From NCBI GenBank assembly GCA_023301025.1, contig JALZUR010000021.1, positions 1,183-65,182 of the forward strand: a stretch of 64,000 bases of DNA, written 5' to 3'. A program made the position numbers and the translations under genes. The notes under the pieces were generated by a model. It saw only the letters and a program-made list of their open reading frames with translations, did not search any database and was not told where the DNA came from. The stretch is from Bdellovibrionales bacterium (GTDB lineage Bacteria > Bdellovibrionota > Bdellovibrionia > Bdellovibrionales > UBA1609). Positions 37,365-47,504 of the stretch are shown in pieces (position 1 is the first letter of the stretch; each line of letters opens with the position of its first letter).

Positions 37365-38359
37365 TTAAAAAGTTGTCAGCTTTTACTTCTATACTTTTTA
37401 CAAGTGCATCAGCTTTTGCTGAATACGGCATGCCCCAGGCGGGAAACAACTATGCCTCACGTGTAGATTCCTTATATTATTTTTTGCTTATCGCAAGTTT
37501 AATCTCTTGCATACTAGTGATTGGCGGAATGATTTTCTTTGTATTTAAATACAGAAGAAAATCTGAATTTGACCAAACGCCATATATCTCTCACAACAAC
37601 ACTCTTGAGTTTTTATGGAGTTTTATTCCATTCGTCATATTCATGATTGTTTTTGTCTGGGGATTTTTACTTTTTAGAGAGGCTGAAACAGCTCCTAAAA
37701 ATGCTTTTGAAATTCATGTTTATGGCAGGCAGTGGGCTTGGGACTTTGCCTACAAAAGCGGTAAAACTACGACCAATGAACTTGTTGTTCCCGCGGGTAG
37801 ACCAGTAAAGCTTATTATGACTTCAAAAGATGTTCTACATAGCTTTTTTATACCGGCACTTAGAATCAAACAAGATGTGATTCCTGGAAGATATACAAGC
37901 TTGTGGTTTGAAGCTGAAAAAAAAGGTGAGTACCAAGTTTTTTGTACAGAATACTGTGGAGCAGAGCACTCAGGCATGCTTGCAAAAATGAAAGTTTTAT
38001 CAAATGAAAAATTTGAAGAGTGGCTTTCTGATGATCCAATGAAAGAGTATGAAGGTTTATCTTTAGCTGCTCGTGGTGAAAAAGTGGTCTCAAAAAAGGC
38101 CTGTACAGCCTGTCATAACTTTAATGCAGATGTAAACGGAGCTATAGCTCCAGGTCTTAAAAACTTAATTGGGAAAAAGAGAAACTTTGCAGATGGAAGC
38201 TCCATGATTGCGGATAGAGAGTATATTCGTGAGAGTTTAAAGTATCCTCAGAAAAAAGTTGTTGCGGCTTATGATGGAAAAGCTGCGATGCCACTCATTC
38301 CGTTAAATGAAGATGAGATCACTTGGATTATTGAATATATAAAATCAGATAAAGATTAG
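37361..38359 (+). CDS. coxB: Cytochrome c oxidase subunit II with a fused C-terminal cytochrome c (caa3 type)
   Basis: CuA site [13 protein letters not shown]...[12 protein letters not shown] and C-terminal haem motif CTACHN. ATG 37361 forms an ATGA overlap with the SCO1 stop and has an AAAGGTG RBS. Confidence 0.93.
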   Translation: MIKKLSAFTSILFTSASAFAEYGMPQAGNNYASRVDSLYYFLLIASLISCILVIGGMIFFVFKYRRKSEFDQTPYISHNNTLEFLWSFIPFVIFMIVFVWGFLLFREAETAPKNAFEIHVYGRQWAWDFAYKSGKTTTNELVVPAGRPVKLIMTSKDVLHSFFIPALRIKQDVIPGRYTSLWFEAEKKGEYQVFCTEYCGAEHSGMLAKMKVLSNEKFEEWLSDDPMKEYEGLSLAARGEKVVSKKACTACHNFNADVNGAIAPGLKNLIGKKRNFADGSSMIADREYIRESLKYPQKKVVAAYDGKAAMPLIPLNEDEITWIIEYIKSDKD

Positions 38360-38420
38360 TTTAAAGCTAAGTTGTTGGTTTAAGACAAAAAAAAGTCTTA
38401 GACAAAAGGAGAAGTTAACT

Positions 38421-40004
38421 ATGTCTTACGCGGCAGGTTCAAATTACTTAAATCACGAAAAAGGTTTATGGTCTTGGTTGACCACTCTTGATCATAAAAG
38501 AATAGGGATCATGTATATGATCTCTGTATTTACATTCTTTTTTATAGGTGGAGTTTTTGCGATGCTTATGAGACTGGAGCTTTTTGATCCAGGTCCACTT
38601 TTTGCGGCGCAAACCTACAATCAAATGATGACCTACCATGGAGCTATAATGACCTTTATGGTCATTATACCAGGAATCCCTGCATTTATAGGAAACTTTA
38701 CTCTACCTTTACTTATTGGCGCTAAAGATGTGGCCTTTCCAAGAGTGAATTTACTAAGTTGGTACTGTTTGATGGTTGGTGCTGCTATATCTTTTGCAAC
38801 TTTGTTTTTTGCAGGAGTAGATACAGGGTGGACGTTCTACACTCCGTATTCTATTCAAACGAGTGGTACAGTTTTAATGGTTTTGGGTGCCTTTGTTATG
38901 GGGTTTTCTTCAATTCTTACAGGGCTTAACTTTATTGTTACTGTTCACAAGCTTCGCGCTCCAGGTATGACCTTTTTTAGAATGCCGTTAATGGTATGGG
39001 CTTTGTATTCGACGGCTGTTATTCAAGTTTTAGCAACTCCAGTGCTTGCCATAACTTTGCTTCTTCTCGCTTTTGAAAAAATGTTTGGTGTGGGTATTTT
39101 TGATCCTAATTTAGGTGGCGATCCAGTGATGTTTCAGCATTTTTTTTGGTTTTATTCTCACCCTGCCGTTTATATAATGATTCTTCCAGCGATGGGAATC
39201 ATCTCCGAACTTATAACAACGTTTTCTAGAAAAACGATTTTTGGTTACAGAGCAATTGCTTTTTCAAGTATTGGTATTGCTGCTGTAAGCTTCTTTGTGT
39301 GGGGCCACCATATGTTTGTGTCAGGCCAGTCTTCATTTGCAGGGATCATTTTTTCATTTATTACAATGCTAGTGGGTGTACCTACTGCTATTAAAACCTT
39401 CAACTGGGTAGCCACAATGTACAGGGGCTCCATTCAGTTAAAAAGCCCTATGCTTTATGCCCTTGGCTTTCTTTTTCTTTTTACTATTGGTGGAGTAACA
39501 GGGATTATGCTTGCAACTCTTGCTGCTGATGTACATTTTCACGACACTTATTTTGTTGTGGCACATTTTCACTATGTGATGGTTGGTGGAACACTTATGG
39601 CTATCATGGGTGGTGTTTACTACTGGTTACCAAAAATGTTTGGTAAAATGTATAACGAGTTTGGTGCGCAGCTTTCATTTTTGTTTATTTTCTGCGGCTT
39701 TAACATAACCTTTTTCCCACAGTTTCTTTTAGGCTCTGCTGGGATGCCTAGGCGTTATCATGAGTATCTACCTGAGTTTACATCATTAAATAAGATTTCT
39801 AGTATTGGTGCTTGGACCATTGGTTTTGGTTTTTTGATTGCCTTAGCTGTTATTATTCATTGTATACTTAAAGGTGAAAAGGCTCCGCAAAATCCTTGGG
39901 GTGGTAAAACACTTGAGTGGACTCATGCGGACTCTCCGCCTATACACGAAAATTTTGCAACTACCCCTGTTGTTGAAGCAGGTCCTTACGAATACGGAAG
40001 GTGA
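38421..40004 (+). CDS. coxA: Cytochrome c oxidase subunit I
   Basis: 12-TM haem-copper oxidase: [35 protein letters not shown]. Confidence 0.97.
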   Translation: MSYAAGSNYLNHEKGLWSWLTTLDHKRIGIMYMISVFTFFFIGGVFAMLMRLELFDPGPLFAAQTYNQMMTYHGAIMTFMVIIPGIPAFIGNFTLPLLIGAKDVAFPRVNLLSWYCLMVGAAISFATLFFAGVDTGWTFYTPYSIQTSGTVLMVLGAFVMGFSSILTGLNFIVTVHKLRAPGMTFFRMPLMVWALYSTAVIQVLATPVLAITLLLLAFEKMFGVGIFDPNLGGDPVMFQHFFWFYSHPAVYIMILPAMGIISELITTFSRKTIFGYRAIAFSSIGIAAVSFFVWGHHMFVSGQSSFAGIIFSFITMLVGVPTAIKTFNWVATMYRGSIQLKSPMLYALGFLFLFTIGGVTGIMLATLAADVHFHDTYFVVAHFHYVMVGGTLMAIMGGVYYWLPKMFGKMYNEFGAQLSFLFIFCGFNITFFPQFLLGSAGMPRRYHEYLPEFTSLNKISSIGAWTIGFGFLIALAVIIHCILKGEKAPQNPWGGKTLEWTHADSPPIHENFATTPVVEAGPYEYGR

Positions 40005-40007
40005 TTT

Positions 40008-40745
40008 ATGGCCCATAGAATAACTGATACAGACGGCTCTCATTATGCCTTTCATTACAAAAATTCAAACCACGAGTTTGAGGCTTCAAAGTTTGGTATA
40101 TGGGTATTTTTGTGTACAGAAATACTTATGTTTGGAGGGCTTTTTGTTGGCTACATTTTAAATTCTGGAAAGTACCCAGAGGTTTTTGAAGTGGGTGCTA
40201 CATTTCTAGATTGGAAACTTGGTTTTCTAAATACAGTGATACTTCTGTTCAGTTCATTTACTATAGCTCTCTCCATTAGAAATATTCAAATTGGCGAGCA
40301 GAAAAAAGCTTTTAACAATCTTCTAGTCACAGTTTTATGTGGATTTGGATTTATGGGAGTTAAAGGTTACGAGTACAGTCACAAGTTTCACTTAGGTTTA
40401 CTGCCCGGAAAGTTTTTCAACTACACTCCACACACTGCAGAGAGTGACTCTCATCCCACCGGTGAAGCTGATGAAAAGCCTGCTAGATCTAATGCATCTG
40501 AGACTTCTCATGTAAGTGAACTTCCAAAAAATATGCCTATGTATTTTTCGTTCTATTTTGTGATGACTGGAATTCATGGAACACACGTAATAATTGGTAT
40601 GTGCTTGATACTATGGGCGATGCTACGATTGAAGCGTGGTGATTTTGATCCAAAGCACTACACATTTGTAGAAGGGGCAGCCCTTTTTTGGCATTTGGTT
40701 GATTTGGTTTGGATTTATCTTTTCCCACTACTTTACTTGGTATAA
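40008..40745 (+). CDS. coxC: Cytochrome c oxidase subunit III
   Basis: FGIWVFLCTEILMFGGLF, YFVMTGIHGTHVIIG and WHLVDLVWIYLFPLLYL. Contains a hydrophilic insert at about aa 139-176. Confidence 0.9.
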   Translation: MAHRITDTDGSHYAFHYKNSNHEFEASKFGIWVFLCTEILMFGGLFVGYILNSGKYPEVFEVGATFLDWKLGFLNTVILLFSSFTIALSIRNIQIGEQKKAFNNLLVTVLCGFGFMGVKGYEYSHKFHLGLLPGKFFNYTPHTAESDSHPTGEADEKPARSNASETSHVSELPKNMPMYFSFYFVMTGIHGTHVIIGMCLILWAMLRLKRGDFDPKHYTFVEGAALFWHLVDLVWIYLFPLLYLV

Positions 40746-40757
40746 GGAGCTTTGCAA

Positions 40758-41063
40758 ATGAGTGAACATGAACATCATATTCTTCCTTTTAAGTTGTATT
40801 TAAAGATCTTCTTAAGTTTGGTCCTTTTCACCTTTATAACTGTTTGGGTTGCACAGTTTAATTTTGGTAGTTTAAATACTCTTATTGCGATGATTGTTGC
40901 AACAATTAAAGCTACACTTGTGGCTCTTTATTTCATGCATTTAAAGTATGATGATAAGACAAACGCTGTGTGCTTACTTGCCGGTGTGTTTTTTCTTGTG
41001 GTGATGTTTGCTTTTATTGCCATAGATGTTGCAAGCCGTATTCCTTTAGAGAGTACACTTTAA
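40758..41063 (+). CDS. Cytochrome c oxidase subunit IV (prokaryotic small subunit)
   Basis: About 100 aa with three TM helices and the motif YFMHLKYDDK. AGGAG lies 8 nt upstream of ATG 40758. Confidence 0.75.
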   Translation: MSEHEHHILPFKLYLKIFLSLVLFTFITVWVAQFNFGSLNTLIAMIVATIKATLVALYFMHLKYDDKTNAVCLLAGVFFLVVMFAFIAIDVASRIPLESTL

Positions 41064-41067
41064 ATAA

Positions 41068-41952
41068 GTGTTGTCTTATTTAAAAAAAGTTTTTAAAGCT
41101 TATCAGTCCCTTACAAAGTTTGGAATTGTACTTTTTGTTCTAGTTGTAGGCCTCTCCGGCTATGCTTTAGGTTTACCTGCGGGTTCAGGTGTCGATTTTT
41201 CAATTGTTTTAGTTTTTGTATTTGGTCTTTACACTTTAAGTGCCGGAAGTCTTGCGCTGAATCAGGTGCAAGAGGTGGATATTGATAAAAAAATGACCCG
41301 AACCCAAACGCGACCTATTGTGTGTGGTTTTTTCTCTAAAGTCCAAGCTCTTTCAATTTCACTTCTTTTGATCTCTTTTGGGCTGATTTCTTTATTACTT
41401 GTCAGTCCACGGTCTTTCTTTTTTGGCCTACTTACATTAATTCTTTATAATTTGCTCTACACCTATCTTTGGAAAAAGAAGTGGGCCTTTGGAGCTGTGC
41501 CTGGAGCTATTCCAGGAGCACTTCCTCCAGTCATTGGCTATCTTGCACACAGTGGGGCAAAGCTTACAGACCCTGATTTATTTTATCTTTTTATGATTTT
41601 ATTTTTATGGCAGATGCCGCATTTTTGGATATTAGCCATAAAGCTTAAAGATGATTACAAAGCTGGTGGAATACCAGTGCTGCCTGTTTTAATCGGAGAA
41701 GAAAGAACACGCTATCATATTGCTCTTTATCTTTTGCCTTATTTAGGTTTAGCAGCTTCTGCTCCTCTTTTTGTTGTAGGTTCAATGGTTGGATCTGTTT
41801 TGATGTGGTTTACAGCTTTAACAGTGCTGGTTTTTTTCTTAAGGTATTTACAAAATAATAAAAAGTGGCTTCTGTTTTTTCTTTCTTTAAACATGTCAGT
41901 TTTAATTTTTGTGTTGGTTCCAGCCTTTACAACTTTAAAATACTACATCTGA
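41068..41952 (+). CDS. ctaB: Protohaem IX farnesyltransferase (haem o synthase)
   Basis: UbiA family: LNQVQEVDIDKKMTRTQTRP and WQMPHFWILAIKLKDDY. GTG start. Confidence 0.9.
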   Translation: MLSYLKKVFKAYQSLTKFGIVLFVLVVGLSGYALGLPAGSGVDFSIVLVFVFGLYTLSAGSLALNQVQEVDIDKKMTRTQTRPIVCGFFSKVQALSISLLLISFGLISLLLVSPRSFFFGLLTLILYNLLYTYLWKKKWAFGAVPGAIPGALPPVIGYLAHSGAKLTDPDLFYLFMILFLWQMPHFWILAIKLKDDYKAGGIPVLPVLIGEERTRYHIALYLLPYLGLAASAPLFVVGSMVGSVLMWFTALTVLVFFLRYLQNNKKWLLFFLSLNMSVLIFVLVPAFTTLKYYI

Positions 41953-42010
41953 TTTTAATTTACATACCTAAGCCTTTTAAAAAACAATTAATACTTACTT
42001 TCTTATACTT

Positions 42011-42646
42011 TTAAGGCGTGTCTGGTTGCACGTCAGGGTGAGCTTTTGAAAACGAATCAAGGTCTTTACAGTTATCATAAATTCTTTGAAGATTTTCGTA
42101 CTTAGTAAGATCTAGTTCAAATCTTTTAGCATTATAGAGTTGTGGCAGTAAAAACATATCTGCAGCAGTGACATTAGAACCCATTGCAAAAGGTCCATCA
42201 TTTGAACATTTGGTGTTAAAAGCTTCTAAGCCTTTATCAATAAAGTACCTACACCACTCTATTTTTTGATCTTCTGATATTAAGAACTCTTTTTTCAACT
42301 TTTTTAAAACTGAGAGATTTTGAAGAGGTTGTGTACCACTATTAATGATTTCAACCAGTTCTAAGCACTTCTCAAAGTCAGGTAGATGTTTTGGAAACAA
42401 CTGCTTTTCTATATAGGCTCTATCTAAATAAAAAAAGATTGCAACACTTTGACTAAGAGAAATATTTTTATCAACTAGGGTAGGCACTTCAGCCTTAGGG
42501 TTAACTTTTGTATAAGCGTCTTTGTTCTGTTCACCGCCATCTTTTAAGAGGTGAACAGCTTTATAGTCATAACTAATTTGTTTATGGTTTAGAGCAATTC
42601 TTACTCTGTATGCACTTGAACTTCTGTAGTAGGAGTATAATTTCAT
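42011..42646 (-). CDS. maiA: Maleylacetoacetate isomerase (zeta-class GST)
   Basis: MKLYSYYRSSSAYRVRIALNHK and GGEQNKDAYTKVNPKAEVPTL. Confidence 0.85.
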   Translation of the reverse strand: MKLYSYYRSSSAYRVRIALNHKQISYDYKAVHLLKDGGEQNKDAYTKVNPKAEVPTLVDKNISLSQSVAIFFYLDRAYIEKQLFPKHLPDFEKCLELVEIINSGTQPLQNLSVLKKLKKEFLISEDQKIEWCRYFIDKGLEAFNTKCSNDGPFAMGSNVTAADMFLLPQLYNAKRFELDLTKYENLQRIYDNCKDLDSFSKAHPDVQPDTP

Positions 42647-42731
42647 TAAAGGAAAATACTAGATTATAAGCCTAAATTAAAAATACCTCGCGTTATTTAG
42701 CTTTTGGATAAAAAGTTTAGTCTATCTCACC

Positions 42732-42775
42732 TGTAAAGCCTAGAAGTGTAAAAAACACCTAATTGCGGCTTTACA
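42732..42775. promoter_or_regulatory. Inverted repeat in the divergent maiA / FAH promoter region (candidate operator)
   Basis: tgtaaagcc (42732-42740) / ggctttaca (42767-42775), with an inner gtgt/acac pair. Confidence 0.25.
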
Positions 42776-42839
42776 CTAAAGGCCTTAAATTAATAGCACT
42801 CTTATGATATTAAATGTGAAATTAAGAGGGAGTTTTTTA

Positions 42840-43823
42840 ATGAAATTAGGCACTTTAAAATCAAATGAATCTAAAGATGGTAAGCTTGTTGTTGTAAGTA
42901 AAGACAATAAAAAAGCCGCACATGTTGATACTGTCCAGAATTTAATTACAGCGTTAGAAAATTGGGACAAGTTTACTCCAAAATTTAAAAGTATCTATGA
43001 GTCTTTAAACAGTGGTGATTTTAATAAAGTAGATGCTTTTGATGTAGAGCCTAAAGATTTTCATTCTCCACTTCCAAGAACTTGGCAGTGGTTAGATGGC
43101 TCAGCTTTTATTCATCATATAAAGCTTGTTAGAATGGCAAGAAATGCAGCTTTACCAGAAACTTTAGAAACTGTTCCTTTAATGTATCAAGGCTGTAGCG
43201 ATAATTTTTTAGCTCCAACTGAAGATATACCTCAAGTTGATTTCGCGCACGGAACAGACTTTGAAGGTGAGGTTGGTGTTATTTTAAAAGATGTTCCCAT
43301 GGGGACAAAAGCAAAGGATGCGCTAGATTATGTAGCCTTAATCGTTCTTATTAACGATGTTTCATTAAGAGGTCTAATACCTGCTGAACTTAAGCAAGGT
43401 TTTGGTTTTGTGCAATCAAAGCCAGCTTCTAGTTTTGGACCATTTGCTGTAACACCAGATGAGCTAGGTTCTGATTGGAAAAATGGACGCATTCATTTGC
43501 CTTTAAGTGTTTCATTCAATGGCGAGTTTTTTGGTAAAGCTAATGCAAAAGAGATGTTTTTTAGTTTTTCTGAACTTATTGAACACGCTGCAAAAACTCG
43601 TGATTTAGCTGCCGGAACAATTATTGGAAGCGGGACAGTTTCAAATGAAAATCCAGAAATGGGCTCTAGCTGTTTAGCAGAAAAAAGAATGTTAGAGAAA
43701 ATTAATAAGGGTGAATTTAAAACCCCATTTATGAAACACGGGGATCACATCGAAATGGAGATGCTAGACTCAAATAATCAAAGTCTTTTTGGTAAAATCA
43801 ATCAAAAGGTTAAAGCTTTATAG
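42840..43823 (+). CDS. Fumarylacetoacetate hydrolase-family enzyme
   Basis: FAH-fold motifs DFEGEVGVIL, LINDVSLR and GTIIGSGTVSN. AAGAGGGAG RBS before ATG 42840. Confidence 0.8.
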   Translation: MKLGTLKSNESKDGKLVVVSKDNKKAAHVDTVQNLITALENWDKFTPKFKSIYESLNSGDFNKVDAFDVEPKDFHSPLPRTWQWLDGSAFIHHIKLVRMARNAALPETLETVPLMYQGCSDNFLAPTEDIPQVDFAHGTDFEGEVGVILKDVPMGTKAKDALDYVALIVLINDVSLRGLIPAELKQGFGFVQSKPASSFGPFAVTPDELGSDWKNGRIHLPLSVSFNGEFFGKANAKEMFFSFSELIEHAAKTRDLAAGTIIGSGTVSNENPEMGSSCLAEKRMLEKINKGEFKTPFMKHGDHIEMEMLDSNNQSLFGKINQKVKAL

Positions 43824-43837
43824 CCTTAACCTTTTTT
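43806..43837 (+). terminator. Rho-independent terminator overlapping the FAH stop codon
   Basis: aaggttaaagc (43806-43816) / gccttaacctt (43823-43833): an 11-bp stem with one A-C mismatch and loop tttata. A T-run extends to 43837. Confidence 0.6.
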
Positions 43838-43857
43838 AAACTGAGAAGTAGAATATC

Positions 43858-44142
43858 TTAGTTAACTATTTTATTATCTTCTAATCTACTTTTAGAAGTG
43901 ATAATTGAAGTGATACAGCTCTCTTCACGAAGCATAAAATTTGTAATCAAGCTTGTAACGAAATCTTTTTTCTCACCCTCTAAAGCATCAATATCTCCGT
44001 AATGAGAAACAACACCATCTGTATAATGATCAACTAAAGACTCACATGTTGTTGAAAGGGTTTCGATATCAATAGTTTCGATTGAAGCAAAACTAACATT
44101 TGCACTCAAAATTAAAGCTAAAAAAATTAATGTCTTTTTCAT
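43858..44142 (-). CDS. Small secreted protein of unknown function
   Basis: ATG 44142 is preceded by AGGAG 5 nt upstream. Signal peptide MKKTLIFLALILSANVSFAS; two Cys in the mature part. Confidence 0.5.
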   Translation of the reverse strand: MKKTLIFLALILSANVSFASIETIDIETLSTTCESLVDHYTDGVVSHYGDIDALEGEKKDFVTSLITNFMLREESCITSIITSKSRLEDNKIVN

Positions 44143-44344
44143 AAAAACTCCTGTTTTCATAATTTATTTACCTTTTACTAAGCAAAAGCTATGCCTAAAA
44201 TATAAAGGCTCAAATACCTCTAAAATAGATTTGAGACATCAAAAATGAGCTTTAAATCGACACGCTGTCAAAAGTTTAGTGACCTGTAAACTAAAGTCGA
44301 TAGCTATCATAAGAGAAGTAAGCTTTAAGGTGTATCAAAGAAGC

Positions 44345-44923
44345 TTATAAATTTGATACAAAGTCTTTGATTTCACGAAACGAAGCTTGAAGTGTCTTTA
44401 AGTGACTACTGTTATAAAGTGGAACGCCATTTTGTTGAAGTTTAATTAGCGTATAAATAGTACAAAGCTTCGGAGCTAAAAAATCTTTTAGATAAGCTTG
44501 TTTCTCTAAATCTTTTTGAGGGTCTATTGTCTTAGTATCAATACTTGTAGAATCGATTTGAAAGCCAATAAAAAATGAATGATCTTCAATAACAATGGGA
44601 AGCGTGACTAAGCGATTGTAGAACTTTGTTCCATCTTTTCGGTAGTTTATCACATCAGCATAAAAAGGGATCTGTTGATTTAAAGCCTCTCTCATCCTTA
44701 AGATTGTGGACTGATCTGATTCTTTACCTTGAAGAAATTTACAGTTTTTACCAACACAGTGCTCTTTTGAGTAACCTGTAAGTCTACTAAAAAGGTCATT
44801 AACCCTAAGTATTTTTCTACTATTTGGGTCGGCATCAGTTAATATTGCGGCACACTTTGATGAATCAACAATATCAAAAAGTATTGATGTTTTTGATTTA
44901 AGTTTAACTAAAGAATCAAGCAT
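44345..44923 (-). CDS. Short LOV (light-oxygen-voltage, flavin-binding PAS) photosensor protein
   Basis: GKNCKFLQGKESD (canonical GRNCRFLQG; Cys codon at 44741-44743), NYRKDGTKFYNRL and FFIGFQID. Collinear with the YtvA core as I recall it. ATG 44923 overlaps the upstream stop (ATGCTTGA). Confidence 0.85.
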   Translation of the reverse strand: MLDSLVKLKSKTSILFDIVDSSKCAAILTDADPNSRKILRVNDLFSRLTGYSKEHCVGKNCKFLQGKESDQSTILRMREALNQQIPFYADVINYRKDGTKFYNRLVTLPIVIEDHSFFIGFQIDSTSIDTKTIDPQKDLEKQAYLKDFLAPKLCTIYTLIKLQQNGVPLYNSSHLKTLQASFREIKDFVSNL

Positions 44924-47459
44924 TTTTTGACTCTTCTTTATAAAATTCAATTGCTGAAATAATAAGACCAAGGATAGAGTTAGTCTCTTTATCTTTTGAA
45001 GGAAAAATTTCTATTAAGACTCTTACACCAGTATTAAGAAAAATTTCTTTTCTTAAATAATCTTTTTTACCATTAAATATCTGAGTAATTTCATGATTGA
45101 TATCAAAATCTTTACCTTTAAAAGAGAAATCTAAAATACTTCGTCCTTTATCAAATTCAGTTAAGTTGTAAATTATATTAGATTTTGGGGTAAATCTAAG
45201 AACTTCATATGAAGGCCCAAGAAAAATAAAGGCTTTTTGAGTTAAAGAAAAAAGGCGGTCTACATTACTGTTCGAAGATTTATAGTGTCCAATAGTTTTT
45301 TGATACTCAAAATTAAGCACATGAAGCTGTTCATTAACAGATTGAAGTTCTTCATTTGTACTCATAAGTTCTTCATTAGAAGACAACAACTTTTCATTAA
45401 TACTATTGAGTTCATCATACATAGTCTCAAGTGATTGGTTTTTTTTGTCTATTATTGATTGTTTTTGAATAATTTCATTTTCAAGACTCTTTATTCTTAA
45501 AAGTGTTTCATCGTTTAAGAATAAAGTTTCTGTTGATTGATCAAGGCTATTTAACTCGTGATTTTTAATGTGGATAATACAAGAGTACCTGTCTTTATCT
45601 AATTTTATGGGAAGAGCTGTTAAAATATAAGCCTTATCATTAATAGATATTGGAGATCCAGTTTTGACAGATTTTCCTTTTAATTTTGCCTCTTCAATGA
45701 GTGCCAAGGTTGAGTCTTTTAATTTTAAGTTTGTTAAGTTCGAAAGTGAAATATTTAATTTTCCACGATTTATATCATTTAAAAAAACACTTCCAAGGCC
45801 ATAAGAGTGAGTAATGTTATTATTAGGATCAATGAAAATACCATCTTTTACTATACTGTCTAAAATACAGTTGGATAAATTTTTATCATCAATTGAATTT
45901 TTTTTTGTTCTTAAATTTGAAACGTTATTTGTGGAAATAACATCAAAATCATCTTTTTCTTTAGAGTGTAATAAGTGCTGAATATTTTTTTTCTTAGTTG
46001 GCGTTAGTTCTTTTCTTTGAAATATTCTCCATTTGTCATTAATTACATCAAAACTATCCTCAAGATCATGTAGCGATTCACTTGGCCCTAAGAGTAAAAC
46101 TCCTTTCTCATTTAAAGCATAGAAAAAAGATTTTAAAGAAGATTTTTGATACATCTGTTTTAAGTAAATCAATAGATTTCTGCAGCTTAAAAGATCTATA
46201 TTTTTAAAGGGAATATCTTTAAAAATATTATGCGTAGAAAAAACTATTTTTGATCTTATTTGTTTATTTATAATGTATGTATCATTGATTTTATTGAAGT
46301 ATTTAAGAATTTGATCTTTTTCTTTTAAGTTATCAAAACTTTTTTCTGAGTAAACCCCACGGGAGGCTTTTGAGATAATATCAGGGTTAATGTCTGTTGC
46401 AAAAATTGTATAATCAATAGGAGGAATTATATTTTTACGTATACATTCTTCAATAGAAATGGCGATAGAGTAGGGCTCTTGTCCAGTGGAGCACCCTGCT
46501 GACCATATTCTAAGTGAATCATCCTCTTTTTTTTTCGCTATAAGATCCGGCAAAACCCTATCTGTGATAAGTTCAAAAAAATTTGGATCTCTAAAAAAAT
46601 TTGTGACAGGAACAAGTAAGCTATTAAATAGTTGCTTAAGTTCAGAGGGGTCATTATAAAGATAATCTAAATAGTCATCACCATTTGTAACTTGAAGAGT
46701 ACTGAACCTATTTTTAAGCCTTCTGTTTATTGTATTTGATTTGTATGCATTCAAATCAAGATTGTAAGTGTTTTGAATAAGATCAAAAATTTTTTTTAGA
46801 GAACCTATCTGCTCAATTTTTTCATCGTTAAACAAGCTCTCTGTGTCTTCTATATTTTCAATGTGACGGTTAATTTTACCAAAGATATCTTTGGATTTAC
46901 AGACAATATCTACAGCATCGGTTTCTAGAGTTTGTGTCGGCATTCCATCAAAAGTACTTTCATGTGGATCTTGACAGATTACTAAGCCATTGTTTTTTTT
47001 AATCTCTTGTACACCAAGTGATCCATCAGAGCCTGCGCCGGATAGAACAACCGCAACGCAGTTGTTCTTCTTCTCTTTTGCAAGTGATATGAAAAAGTTA
47101 TCAATCAAATGTCTACTTTTAGATCCTGTTGGTGGCTTGTCTATAAGTCTTAATTTATTATCGTTTAGACTAATATGTACACCAGGTGGTGTTAGGTAAA
47201 CATGTCCAGATTTAATATCTTGATCATTAGATGTATTGATAAATTTTAAATCAGAGTCTTTTTTAAGTATCTCAAGCATTGAGCTTTTATGATTTGGTGA
47301 GAGGTGTTGTGTAACAACAAAAGCACAGTCTTTTACAGACTCAGAGTTTTTTGATTTAAACATTGCTTTTAAAGCACTTAAGCCGCCAGCTGAAGCACCT
47401 ATACCTACAATATATGTTGGATCAGATTTATCATTATCTTTAATAAGTGATAGCATCAA
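44916..47459 (-). CDS. CheB methylesterase - CheR methyltransferase - PAS - coiled coil - PAS fusion protein (no kinase or receiver)
   Basis: CheB triad context GIGASAGG / TQHLSP / LSGAGSDGS. CheR SAM site LRIWSAGCSTGQEPYS. Coiled coil SSNEELMSTNEELQSVNEQL. PAS_10-like LRFTPKSNIIYNLTEFDKGRSILD. Confidence 0.9.
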   Translation of the reverse strand: MMLSLIKDNDKSDPTYIVGIGASAGGLSALKAMFKSKNSESVKDCAFVVTQHLSPNHKSSMLEILKKDSDLKFINTSNDQDIKSGHVYLTPPGVHISLNDNKLRLIDKPPTGSKSRHLIDNFFISLAKEKKNNCVAVVLSGAGSDGSLGVQEIKKNNGLVICQDPHESTFDGMPTQTLETDAVDIVCKSKDIFGKINRHIENIEDTESLFNDEKIEQIGSLKKIFDLIQNTYNLDLNAYKSNTINRRLKNRFSTLQVTNGDDYLDYLYNDPSELKQLFNSLLVPVTNFFRDPNFFELITDRVLPDLIAKKKEDDSLRIWSAGCSTGQEPYSIAISIEECIRKNIIPPIDYTIFATDINPDIISKASRGVYSEKSFDNLKEKDQILKYFNKINDTYIINKQIRSKIVFSTHNIFKDIPFKNIDLLSCRNLLIYLKQMYQKSSLKSFFYALNEKGVLLLGPSESLHDLEDSFDVINDKWRIFQRKELTPTKKKNIQHLLHSKEKDDFDVISTNNVSNLRTKKNSIDDKNLSNCILDSIVKDGIFIDPNNNITHSYGLGSVFLNDINRGKLNISLSNLTNLKLKDSTLALIEEAKLKGKSVKTGSPISINDKAYILTALPIKLDKDRYSCIIHIKNHELNSLDQSTETLFLNDETLLRIKSLENEIIQKQSIIDKKNQSLETMYDELNSINEKLLSSNEELMSTNEELQSVNEQLHVLNFEYQKTIGHYKSSNSNVDRLFSLTQKAFIFLGPSYEVLRFTPKSNIIYNLTEFDKGRSILDFSFKGKDFDINHEITQIFNGKKDYLRKEIFLNTGVRVLIEIFPSKDKETNSILGLIISAIEFYKEESKNA

Positions 47460-47504
47460 AATTCCTATAAACTAAAAGTTAAGTAATAGTGAAAACAACA
47501 AGAG

